Shown one piece after another: positions 18,041 through 26,771 of a stretch of 64,000 bases of DNA (positions are counted from its first letter, which is position 1; every line of letters begins with the position of its first letter). Location of the stretch: positions 5,181-69,180 of IMG/VR virus record IMGVR_UViG_3300045282_000183, one strand, 5' to 3'. A program made the translations under genes and the position numbers. The DNA comes from a virus. The notes below the pieces were generated by a model that searched no databases, was not told where the DNA came from, and saw nothing but the letters and a program-made list of their open reading frames with translations.

Positions 18041-19239
18041 CTGAGCACAACATGAACCACCTGAACTACATTCGCGTCGTGGTCGAGGCGGACCTCGCCT
18101 ACGTCGACCGCAAGGACCGTCAGTACGGCGGGAGCTGGAAGCGCCGCGGCGGTGTCGGCGCGTTCATGATGCTGGCGCGCAAGTGGGACCGACTGGAGCA
18201 GTTCATGGCGAAGTTTCACTACGATATTTTTGGAGTGATCGATGCGGAGATCGCGCGCGAGAAGAGCGAAGCAGAAAGTCGCACGCCAGCGGGCTACACG
18301 CCAGACTACGACGTTGGTAAGGACGGCACCGTGCTTGCCGAGGTACGCGACCTTCGCCGTTATCTCATGCTCGTGGAGGCCGAGATGATGGCGCGCGGGG
18401 TTGTGCCCGGCGACCGCGTCTTCGGGGTCGCCACTGCTGGAGGCAAGAAGGGCGAGCCCGTCGACGTGCTGCGCGAAGGCACGACGGAGATCCGCAAGTC
18501 CTTCGTCGGTGGCGACGGTCAGGTCATCCGCGAGCTGGATCCGGTATGGGTGATGCCGGACCCCGGCGAGCTTCACTCGACCAGAAACAAGCCCGAGGCC
18601 GCCGTGGCGCGACGGCTCGAGCGCAACGGCGAGGTGACCGTGGACTACGCGACCGGCGAGTCGCAGATTGTGAAACACGGCAGGCTCTCGCGACGCGCGA
18701 CCGTGATCCGGGAGCTCGACGTGAACGGCCCGGTGATCATGAACGGCATGGTCCACGAACACGGCCGATCGCCTCGCGTCGCGACCGCCGAGGACCTCGC
18801 GCTGGCCGAGAGAACCTTCACGACGGACCGGCGCGTGCCGCGCTACGAGCCGGACACGCCCGACGAGGACAACATCGCCTGTCGGGACGCGCCCTTCGTC
18901 GTACCGGAGAGCTACTGGCGACGCAAGAACATCGAGCGGGACGCCTTCGATAAATTCTGGACGCTGCGAGCACCGGACGTGCACGTGCTGGACGCGCACG
19001 TGGTCAGCGACAGCATTCCGGGTCTGCTGCGCAACTACTACCACTCGCGGGGCGGCGAGTGGATCATCGATATCGACCGGGTGCCAGCGTCAGTTCGCGG
19101 ACACTTTCCGGCGCTGCGCGGCGAGGTCAACATGAAGGAGCACGAGGAACTGCCGGAGTGGCAGCGCGTGCTCTACACGTGGGACGCCAACGGCACGAAG
19201 TTCCGGCTGGCGCAGCTTGGTTGGGGAGGTGGACTATGA
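18037..19239 (+). CDS. nucleotide-modification-associated (MazG-like/Nmad) domain protein with long C-terminal extension
   Basis: KDRQYGGSWKRRGGVGAFMMLARKWDRL...DLRRYLMLVEAE. Confidence 0.7.
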   Translation: MTEHNMNHLNYIRVVVEADLAYVDRKDRQYGGSWKRRGGVGAFMMLARKWDRLEQFMAKFHYDIFGVIDAEIAREKSEAESRTPAGYTPDYDVGKDGTVLAEVRDLRRYLMLVEAEMMARGVVPGDRVFGVATAGGKKGEPVDVLREGTTEIRKSFVGGDGQVIRELDPVWVMPDPGELHSTRNKPEAAVARRLERNGEVTVDYATGESQIVKHGRLSRRATVIRELDVNGPVIMNGMVHEHGRSPRVATAEDLALAERTFTTDRRVPRYEPDTPDEDNIACRDAPFVVPESYWRRKNIERDAFDKFWTLRAPDVHVLDAHVVSDSIPGLLRNYYHSRGGEWIIDIDRVPASVRGHFPALRGEVNMKEHEELPEWQRVLYTWDANGTKFRLAQLGWGGGL

Positions 19240-19502
19240 GCAGCGTTCAGATCGGAAGGGTCTATCGTCACAAGAAGCGCGGCACGACGTACGAGGCCGA
19301 GGGGTTGATGCGGCTACAAATCAGCCCTGAAACTGTTGCGCGCATCACTGGCCTCGGAGAGATCAACTCAAAACGCGTCGCAGAGGCCCTCGAAAAGATC
19401 TCCTTCGTCTCGTACAGCGCACGCGCAGACGACTCGCTGTGGTGTCGTCCAGAGAGCGAGTTCATGGACGGCCGCTTCGAACTCTCGGGAATGATCCCGT
19501 GA
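19236..19502 (+). CDS. DUF1653-like protein
   Basis: GRVYRHKKRGTTY...LWCRPESEFMDGRF. Confidence 0.7.
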   Translation: MSSVQIGRVYRHKKRGTTYEAEGLMRLQISPETVARITGLGEINSKRVAEALEKISFVSYSARADDSLWCRPESEFMDGRFELSGMIP

Positions 19503-19650
19503 TCAGTGGTCCATATCACATAGAGATCCAGCAATGCGGGCGCTCGTACTGGGTCTGCGAGTGGCAGGGTGGTGGCTATCGCCAGTGGGGACCGTACCGT
19601 TGGCGAATAGTTGCCCGGTGGACGATGTTCTGTGTTAGAATGGACTGACC

Positions 19651-21873
19651 ATGCCAGCAAAGATAGTTCGCCCGCGCAAGCAGGCACTGAACCCAGACCA
19701 GATACCCCTGATCACTCCGTCCTCGGACTGGGTGCGACCCGCGGAGCTGCCGACGCTCCGCGGCGTCGAGGAGTTCGCCGCGGACACGGAGAACAAGGAC
19801 GAGGGGCTGGCGGCTGGTGTTGGGCCGGGCTGGGTGAATGGTGCGGGGTACGTGGCCGGGGTCGGTATCTCGTGGCGCGAGGGCAGTAAGCTGAAAAAGA
19901 TCTACGTGCCCGTGCGACACCCGGACACGGAAAATTTCGACAAGGATCAGGTCGGGCGGTGGTTCACTGATATCAGCCGCAAGCGACGCGTGGTGTTCTT
20001 CAACGCGGGCTACGATATCGGCTGGATGCAGACTGACTTGAAGGTGCCCCCGCCTCCGACGATCGACGACGCCTCGTGCGCCGCGTTCATGATCGACGAG
20101 AACCACGAGGACCTGAGTCTCGACGGCGTGTGCGCATGGCGGGGGGTGCCCGGCAAGGACCTGACAGCGCTGCGCGAGACGGCGGTGATCTACGGCGTTC
20201 CGGCCGCCAAGGCGGTCGCGAATATCTGGCGCTTTCCCGCGCGCTACGCTGCGGCGTACGGATCGCAGGATCCCGAGAGCACGCTGCTCGCGATGGAGGA
20301 CATGCGCCCGGAGCTGGCCCGTCAGGGTCTGCTTCGGGCCTACGACGTCGAGATGCGGCTCGTGCCGCTGATCCACGCGATGCGTCGGAAGGGTATTCGG
20401 GTCGATATAGACCGGGCGACGAGACTTCGCGACGGTTTGCGGGAACGTTCCCTGAACGTTCTCTCAAAACTTGGTGAAAGGTTAGGTCTGCGCCGCGCGG
20501 CCACGCTCGAGGAGGTGCGGTCGCGGGACACGCTGATCCAGTGGTTCACCACGGAGAACGTGCCGTATCACATGGAGATGCGCGAGGACGAGACGGAGAC
20601 GGCGGCGTTCACCAAGAACTGGATGCGGCGGGCCGAGCACTGGCTGCCGAGGATGGTGGCGGAGGCGAAGCAGTGTCACGAGTTCGCGGACAAGTTCGTG
20701 CAGAGCTTTCTCCTGGACTTCGCGAGCGGCGGGCGCATCCACGCGTCGATCAACCAGTGGAAGTACGAGACCGACGAGAAGTCGCGGGCTGGCACGCGGT
20801 CGCATCGTCTGTCGTACTCGGACCCGCCGCTCCAGCAGGCTCCCTCCAGGGGCGAGCCGTTCGACGGATGGGAGCTGACGGGCGAAATCGCCGTGGAGTA
20901 TCGGTCGTGCTTCCTGCCGGAGGAGGGCGAGCTGTGGTTCTCGCCGGACTACTCGCAACAGGAATATCGTCACATTGTAAACGACGCGGCAACCAAGAAG
21001 TGCGACAAGGCGGACGAGGCGGTCGAGCTGTATCGCAACGACCCGAAGACGGACTTTCATCAGCTCGTGGTGAATTGGACCGGGCTCGGTCGTCGCCACG
21101 CCAAGGACTGTAACTTCGCGAAGGCGTTCGGGGCCGGGATACCGAAATTCGCCACCATGATCAGCAAGCCGCTCGAGGAGGCGGCCACGATCATGGGCAC
21201 CTACGACACGGAGCTGCCGTTCGTGTCGCAGTTGAACAAGCTGTGCGCACGGCTGGCGGAGAAGCGCGGATACATCGTCATGTACGACGGCGCGCGCTCA
21301 CACTTCGATCAGTGGGAGAGCAAGTGGCTCCCCAAGGAGGAGTGGAAGCGCGGCCGGGACGAGGGCTGGGCCATGTGGCCGTGCGACTTCGAGGAGGCGC
21401 AGGAGCGGGCCTCCACGGAGGGTCATCCGTGGAAGGGTCGTCAGCTCCGGCGGGCGTACACGCACAAGGCGATGAACCGCCGGATACAGGGCAACGCCGC
21501 GCGCCAGATGAAGGCCGCGATGGTGACCTGCTACGAGGAGGGGCACACGCCGCTCCTGCAGATGCATGACGAACTCAGTTTCTCGCTTCTTGATCCTGTT
21601 GCCGGATCGAGGATCGAGGAGATCATGCGGACGGTGTACGAGTGCCGCGTGCCGTTCCTCGTGGACGCCGAATGGGGTCCCACGTGGGGCGAGGCCAAGC
21701 ACGACCACGCCGGGGCGCAAGCCCAACTTGCCGCCCGGGCACCCAAGCCAGCCGCCCCCGGGCGACTGGCAGGGGCCGACACACTGGTATCCAGTGCGGT
21801 GCAGCACGGCACCCAAGCCAGCCGCCCCCGGGCGGCTGGCAGGGGCCAAAAACGGCCCAAGAAAGGGGCCTGA
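19651..21873 (+). CDS. polA: family A DNA polymerase with 3'-5' exonuclease
   Basis: ADTE, FFNAGYD, DYSQQEYR, RRHAKDCNFA, NRRIQG, QMHDEL. Confidence 0.95.
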   Translation: MPAKIVRPRKQALNPDQIPLITPSSDWVRPAELPTLRGVEEFAADTENKDEGLAAGVGPGWVNGAGYVAGVGISWREGSKLKKIYVPVRHPDTENFDKDQVGRWFTDISRKRRVVFFNAGYDIGWMQTDLKVPPPPTIDDASCAAFMIDENHEDLSLDGVCAWRGVPGKDLTALRETAVIYGVPAAKAVANIWRFPARYAAAYGSQDPESTLLAMEDMRPELARQGLLRAYDVEMRLVPLIHAMRRKGIRVDIDRATRLRDGLRERSLNVLSKLGERLGLRRAATLEEVRSRDTLIQWFTTENVPYHMEMREDETETAAFTKNWMRRAEHWLPRMVAEAKQCHEFADKFVQSFLLDFASGGRIHASINQWKYETDEKSRAGTRSHRLSYSDPPLQQAPSRGEPFDGWELTGEIAVEYRSCFLPEEGELWFSPDYSQQEYRHIVNDAATKKCDKADEAVELYRNDPKTDFHQLVVNWTGLGRRHAKDCNFAKAFGAGIPKFATMISKPLEEAATIMGTYDTELPFVSQLNKLCARLAEKRGYIVMYDGARSHFDQWESKWLPKEEWKRGRDEGWAMWPCDFEEAQERASTEGHPWKGRQLRRAYTHKAMNRRIQGNAARQMKAAMVTCYEEGHTPLLQMHDELSFSLLDPVAGSRIEEIMRTVYECRVPFLVDAEWGPTWGEAKHDHAGAQAQLAARAPKPAAPGRLAGADTLVSSAVQHGTQASRPRAAGRGQKRPKKGA
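21738..21847. repeat. two 40-bp hairpin-forming direct repeats with 30-bp spacer
   Basis: 21738-21777 and 21808-21847, one mismatch. Confidence 0.85.
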
Positions 21874-21980
21874 GGACCTCCAGGGTGCGCCCGGGCCGGG
21901 CGGCTGGGGCGCAAGTGCCATTATATAGGGGCCGTGCTGGGCGGTCCGCCCCGGGGCCAGCCCGGGGGCCAGAAAACCCT

Positions 21981-22009
21981 TTGCTACGGGTAGCAAATCA
22001 GGCTATTCT
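21981..22009 (+). promoter_or_regulatory. sigma70-like promoter overlapping a palindromic operator
   Basis: TTGCTA-N17-TATTCT; palindrome TTGCTAC-GG-GTAGCAA. Confidence 0.65.
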
Positions 22010-22013
22010 GGGG

Positions 22014-22345
22014 GCCGTTACCCCGTCGACCCCGGGCAAAGCTCCCCACGTTTCGAGCAGGGTCCTAACGGCAACACCAGCCGTTTTGTTTTGCAGGGTC
22101 CCGTATCAGGATCGTCGCTCGCAGGCTCGCCTCCATCAAGGCACCTCAGGGGCGCAGTGCCCGGGTACACAGTGTCCAGTCCGCTCAGTCTGCGCTCGCA
22201 GCATGCGGCCAAAACAAACGGCAGGCGCAACGGGTAGGCAGTCATCTCAAGGTTCATCCGCCATCGGGGCGGGCGCAAGGTGGCTACACTGGTTTCCCGG
22301 CCGTTAGCTAACACTCCGCCACTTCACTGTGTCACGGGGGTCTGA
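22014..22345 (+). ncRNA. candidate structured non-coding RNA / long leader
   Basis: No credible ORF; nested and long-range helices; starts right after a promoter. Confidence 0.4.
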
Positions 22346-22449
22346 TCCGCGCCGATAGCAAGGCGCACACACGAATTGCAAGTTTCCGGGCGTCCGTCAT
22401 ATACCGACGCTCGGTGCCGTGCAATTCCGCACGATAGGAGAAGACTGTG

Positions 22450-22695
22450 ATGTCTACATTGAAAGCACTCCCGAAGAAACAGTGGAACCGAAACTCGAAG
22501 ACACCGATTATCGAGGTTCAGGCTCTGCTCTCGCCGGTCATCGTCGTCGAGGACACGCCGATAAATCGCGAGTTGGCGATGACGCTCGCCCAGACATTGT
22601 TCGACAAGTCCCGCGAGCCACACGAAGTCATCGTGTGGAAATGCGGACGAGGTCAGGGCATCTTCAAGCGCACCACCGGGCACTGCTACGGATAA
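22450..22695 (+). CDS. hypothetical early protein
   Basis: AGGAG SD. Confidence 0.55.
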   Translation: MSTLKALPKKQWNRNSKTPIIEVQALLSPVIVVEDTPINRELAMTLAQTLFDKSREPHEVIVWKCGRGQGIFKRTTGHCYG

Positions 22696-22799
22696 TTGGG
22701 GATCGTCATGTCAAAACAAGTAATCATCCAACTGCGCCGGTGGGAACTGGCGCAGTATCGCTACGGAAATCAGCCCAAGTAGAACAACAGGAGCCTGTG

Positions 22800-23024
22800 A
22801 TGGCAAAGCATCTTACATTCGAAGGCGTCAAGGGATACGCGACCTACGAGACGGCGCGGAAGCGCGGCGAGGAGGTTGCCGCCGCGCGCGGCAACGTTGA
22901 CTATCGTTGGGTCGTGATCGCGCTGCCATCTGGCAGGTTCGCGCCGATGGTGATCATCAACAACAACGTGCCGAGCGGCCCGGGAATATTTCTCGGCGAG
23001 CGCAATCTTTGCATGGCGAACTAA
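22800..23024 (+). CDS. hypothetical early protein
   Basis: CAGGAG SD. Confidence 0.6.
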   Translation: MAKHLTFEGVKGYATYETARKRGEEVAAARGNVDYRWVVIALPSGRFAPMVIINNNVPSGPGIFLGERNLCMAN

Positions 23025-23035
23025 GGGAGCGGAAG

Positions 23036-23737
23036 ATGACTGTAAACGAGAAGCTGATCGACAAGATCCGCAAGCTGCGCGCCAAGGCGCGGGGCACGAA
23101 CAACGAGGCCGAGGCCGCAGCATTCGCGGCCAAGGTACAGGAACTGCTCGCCGAGCACGGCCTGAGCGAGACCGCGCTCGGGTCAGACAAGACCGAGGAG
23201 GAGTCGATCGGGCGGACCGATCACAAGTTCAGTGGCTCCCCGGCGCGTCAGGTCATGCTGCGCGCCGTGTGCAAGTTCTATATGTGCATCGCGATCCGCA
23301 ACACGAGCGGGCCGTGGATCATCGTGGGCAAGCCGACCAACGTGATGGTTGCGATCGACATGTTCGAGTATCTGCTCAGCACGGTGGTCCGCATGTCCAA
23401 CACCTACGCTCGGGAGAACCCGGGCGGGAACAAGATAGACTGGCGTCGCGGCTGCATGTCGAGGCTGGCCGAGAGGCTGGACAAGCTGCGACGCGCCGAG
23501 CTCGAGAAGAAGCAGGAGCGCCACGCCGGAGGCGGCGCGGCCAATCTGCCAGCCCTGATACACGACGAGGGGCGCGCGGCGGCGCTCTGGATGAAGCAGA
23601 ATATTCAGACGACGACGCACACCACGCGCGTCAAGCAGGGCGACGATGCGGCGCGTGGTCGTGCCGCTGCCGAGGGCATCGGTCTTCATCGTCAGGTCGG
23701 CGGCGGAGGCGGACGGCTCATGATTGGGAAGCAGTAG
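23036..23737 (+). CDS. DUF2786-domain protein
   Basis: KLIDKIRKLRAKA...EAEAAAFAAKVQELLAEHGLS. Confidence 0.8.
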   Translation: MTVNEKLIDKIRKLRAKARGTNNEAEAAAFAAKVQELLAEHGLSETALGSDKTEEESIGRTDHKFSGSPARQVMLRAVCKFYMCIAIRNTSGPWIIVGKPTNVMVAIDMFEYLLSTVVRMSNTYARENPGGNKIDWRRGCMSRLAERLDKLRRAELEKKQERHAGGGAANLPALIHDEGRAAALWMKQNIQTTTHTTRVKQGDDAARGRAAAEGIGLHRQVGGGGGRLMIGKQ

Positions 23738-23812
23738 TTCATCGACGGTGCGCTGGCGTTCAGACCCCAGCGCACACCGATGCACTTCCGCATCACAGCA
23801 CAGGAGAAGACC

Positions 23813-24010
23813 ATGACCAAGAAGCTAGACCCGAAGGCCAAGATCGTCGTCCTCAAGAAGGACATCCCGTTCCGCACCGGAACTGCCGTGCACAAGCGGG
23901 CGCAGGCCGTGTACACCGGCCGCACGGTGGAAGGTGCGCTCAAGAGAGGGGCGCGCACTTCCACCGTGCGCTGGCTCGTGACCGGGCGCTACGTGAAGGT
24001 CGCGGCATAA
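23813..24010 (+). CDS. small basic putative DNA-binding protein
   Basis: CACAGGAG SD; paralogous to the C-termini of 24920-25819 and 27761-28831. Confidence 0.7.
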   Translation: MTKKLDPKAKIVVLKKDIPFRTGTAVHKRAQAVYTGRTVEGALKRGARTSTVRWLVTGRYVKVAA

Positions 24011-24147
24011 TGGGCCGCAAGCGCCAGTCCCGTCCGACCTCGCGTCGCGAGCGCAAGACGGGTGTGTCGCCGTATCAGAAGTACGGAAAGTCCGAGTACA
24101 AGTACTCGCACCAGAACGCGAAGGTGGCGCAGAAGGGCAAGCGCTGA
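24010..24147 (+). CDS. small basic peptide
   Basis: TAATG coupling; K/R-rich. Confidence 0.45.
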   Translation: MGRKRQSRPTSRRERKTGVSPYQKYGKSEYKYSHQNAKVAQKGKR

Positions 24148-24237
24148 TGCTCACGTTCACGTTCCGGGAGGCGGCTCTGGCCGCCTCCGTACTCGTCATC
24201 ATCTTCATCCTGCTGCGCTGAGCGGCATCAACTGGGA

Positions 24238-24429
24238 GTGATCCACATGAAGACACTGAAGGTAGCGTTCCGCGGCGTCGTCGCCAACAAGAAGACCTAC
24301 GAGGTCATCATCACCAAAAACACCACGGACTACGACCCCGGCCAGACCATGACCGAGGTAGAGGTCGCGGCGTTGTGCAACAACCCGTGCTGGGATGTCA
24401 TCATCCTCGGCGCGAAGCGGGAGGGCTGA
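24238..24429 (+). CDS. hypothetical protein
   Basis: ORF with GGGAG SD. Confidence 0.5.
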   Translation: MIHMKTLKVAFRGVVANKKTYEVIITKNTTDYDPGQTMTEVEVAALCNNPCWDVIILGAKREG

Positions 24430-24432
24430 GCG

Positions 24433-24663
24433 ATGGCGCTGCCAAACAAGAAGGCGCGGGCAACCGGGCTGAAGAAGGGCGACCGCGTCCAGACGAACGG
24501 GGCTTTTGTCGCACTCTTCTCGAAGGGTGCGACAAAACAGTGGCGCGGCGTGCTGCTGCGCCCGCACGCGCTCATTCAGGTCTCGTGGCACGTGCGCGTG
24601 GACAGCGTCGGGCCGGAGCAGGTTCTGCATCACAGATATCTCGAGAAGGAGCAGGGGAAATGA
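24433..24663 (+). CDS. hypothetical SH3/KOW-like protein
   Basis: LKKGDRV...WRGV pattern. Confidence 0.5.
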   Translation: MALPNKKARATGLKKGDRVQTNGAFVALFSKGATKQWRGVLLRPHALIQVSWHVRVDSVGPEQVLHHRYLEKEQGK

Positions 24664-24917
24664 GAGCGATAGCGTGGCACTACATACCGGCGCAGCCGGA
24701 CAAGATCCTGCCGGAGCAGTGGCAGGCCCGCGTGGAGGAGCGCAGCGTGGCGGCGGTTATGCGCAAGACAGTGCGAGGATCGTGGCGCGGAGAGTTCACC
24801 GTGCTGATGGTGCCTCCTGACGACGCGGCCGCGCCGTACATGGCGACGCTGGTCGGGTTCACGCTGGAGGCCGCCAAGGCCTCCACCAACGAAGATCTCC
24901 GGGCTCTGGGGTGGTAA
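24660..24917 (+). CDS. hypothetical protein
   Basis: ATGA-coupled. Confidence 0.5.
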   Translation: MRAIAWHYIPAQPDKILPEQWQARVEERSVAAVMRKTVRGSWRGEFTVLMVPPDDAAAPYMATLVGFTLEAAKASTNEDLRALGW

Positions 24918-24919
24918 TC

Positions 24920-25819
24920 ATGGCAAAATCAGCAGGCAAGAAGATGGTCGAGGCGGCTGCTCGCAAGGGCAAGATCGCGTTCACGCCGCTCTTCGGAGAC
25001 GTTGGTCCAGCCATCGCGGCGACGACGCCGAAGCGCAGCAAGACAGAGTCACTGTCCCCGGCCGGGCACGTGTCCCTGCGCTGGACGGACGACACGGTGC
25101 CCGGCACGGGCTGGATCTCGACGACGACACCGAAGGGCGAGCGGGTTCCGGCCCGCATCCGCCTGTCCAGCCGCAACTCCGACGGCTCGTACTCCTACTT
25201 CTGCTATCGCGACGCCGACGGCATCGCGATCGCGAAGTCGCTGGACGAGGCGAAGCGCAAGTGCGAGATAGGCAAGCAGCCGAAGCTCTCCGACAACGTC
25301 CTCCGGTACGTGGAGGATCACCCACTGGACATCCCGTGGTGGCTGAAGCTGACAGATAAGGAGCGCGCGGCCATCCGCGCTCAGTATCCCTACGCGGCAC
25401 CCCCCGCATCACGGGTCGATCGCGTGCTGAGTAGTATCGTAAAGAAGGGGAGGAACGGGGGGCCTGACCTAAGCGACCCGGGCACCCAGAAGCTGCTGGC
25501 CGAGATGGCGGCGAAGGAGGCCGCAGGAGCTACTGCGGCGGCTACCGGGCGTGTGGCCGCAAAGCCCCGTACCACAGCGCTGGAGACGGCCGAGGGGCGG
25601 CTGGTGCGGCTAAAGGAGGGCAACCCCAAGAAGCCGGGCACCTGGGCGCACAAGCGGTGGGAGGCATTGTTTGCGGCCTGTGATAAGCCCGCTTCGGCTT
25701 ATCGCTTGGCTGGCGGCAATCTGGAGACGCTGGCGAACGCCATCAGCAAGGGCTACGTGAAGATCGAGGTGGGCGGCGAGGAGCCGACGAAACAGAAACC
25801 CAAGAAGGGAGGCAAGTGA
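24920..25819 (+). CDS. hypothetical protein with C-terminal NPKKPGT domain
   Basis: Long ORF; NPKKPGTWAHKR...GGNL...KGYVKI. Confidence 0.7.
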   Translation: MAKSAGKKMVEAAARKGKIAFTPLFGDVGPAIAATTPKRSKTESLSPAGHVSLRWTDDTVPGTGWISTTTPKGERVPARIRLSSRNSDGSYSYFCYRDADGIAIAKSLDEAKRKCEIGKQPKLSDNVLRYVEDHPLDIPWWLKLTDKERAAIRAQYPYAAPPASRVDRVLSSIVKKGRNGGPDLSDPGTQKLLAEMAAKEAAGATAAATGRVAAKPRTTALETAEGRLVRLKEGNPKKPGTWAHKRWEALFAACDKPASAYRLAGGNLETLANAISKGYVKIEVGGEEPTKQKPKKGGK

Positions 25820-26112
25820 TGCCCAACATGAAAGCCAAGATCGAGACCACGACGCGCGTGGTCACCACCAAGAGCCACGAGCTCCGGATCAGCAACGAGT
25901 TGATCCTCGCGCTACTGCGCAACGCCGGGGCTCGGGTGCCGTCCGACGCGGAGGTTCACTTCCACGTGCCGGGTGGCGGTAACTGGTCGAACACCTCGAT
26001 CGAGGTCTCGGACGAGGACCCGGTGCACGTCACCTGGAAGGACGAGAACGAGTACGAGGAGGACGACACGCTGGAAGTCCTGCTCGAGAAAATACAGAAG
26101 GGAGGCGAGTGA
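25816..26112 (+). CDS. hypothetical protein
   Basis: FHVPGGGNWSN motif; coupled. Confidence 0.6.
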   Translation: MMPNMKAKIETTTRVVTTKSHELRISNELILALLRNAGARVPSDAEVHFHVPGGGNWSNTSIEVSDEDPVHVTWKDENEYEEDDTLEVLLEKIQKGGE

Positions 26113-26387
26113 TGGCCCTGATATACAGATGGTCGCAGCACGTGCGAGCGCACTGCGTCGGTGACGATTGCGAGGGGTGCTTCCTGTGCGAGGGCGGACT
26201 GCTGCTGTGCACGGTCTGCGGCGGCGCGGAGAGCAGCGCGCCGACCGAGTGCCCGGGGCGCGTGCTGACACAGGCAGAGTGCGAGTGGGTCAGCGACGGG
26301 CGCGTGGACTTTACGGTGAAGCGCGGGTGGCACGACCCGCGCGTAGTGGCTGGAACGATAACAGGGAGGACACCGAGCGATGCCTGA
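26109..26387 (+). CDS. Cys-rich hypothetical protein
   Basis: CFLCEGGLLLCTVCGGAE...ECPG. Confidence 0.65.
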   Translation: MMALIYRWSQHVRAHCVGDDCEGCFLCEGGLLLCTVCGGAESSAPTECPGRVLTQAECEWVSDGRVDFTVKRGWHDPRVVAGTITGRTPSDA

Positions 26388-26574
26388 GTGCAAGAACTAC
26401 CACAGACCATGCACGCGAGAGTGCAGCGGGGCGACGTACTGCCCGCACGACGTGGAGCGGCCCGAGTACGTCTGTGGCAACTTCTGCAAGATGGTTTTCT
26501 ACGGTCGCGCCGGATGGCCGCACAACAGCGAGTGGATCGTGCCGGGCACGATCACCGACGAGGAGCGGGTGTGA
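26380..26574 (+). CDS. small Cys-rich protein
   Basis: GGAGG SD, multiple Cys. Confidence 0.45.
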   Translation: MPECKNYHRPCTRECSGATYCPHDVERPEYVCGNFCKMVFYGRAGWPHNSEWIVPGTITDEERV

Positions 26575-26771
26575 TGGCGCGCATCGTGACAGTGTATCTC
26601 AAGGGACCGTGGTCTCGTCCAGGACATCACTCTGGTGATGACTGGGATCGTGGCATCGTGCACGTTCAGACGAAGGATGGTGTCACATTGGCCGACAACG
26701 AGTACGGTGCCAACGTGCGCACGTATCCGGTCGGCAACATAGCACGCATAGAGGAGACAGGGCATTGGTGA
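26574..26771 (+). CDS. hypothetical protein
   Basis: TGATG coupling. Confidence 0.5.
   Translation: MARIVTVYLKGPWSRPGHHSGDDWDRGIVHVQTKDGVTLADNEYGANVRTYPVGNIARIEETGHW

Noticed and set aside
21738-21847. Mini-CRISPR array
   Set aside because: Only two repeats, no CRISPR-like terminal motif, no cas genes, and it lies inside a CDS; kept as a plain repeat
22010-22325. tmRNA or tRNA (GGGGCC start, CCGCCA near end)
   Set aside because: No T-loop GTTC motif, no acceptor-stem pairing and no tag reading frame seen
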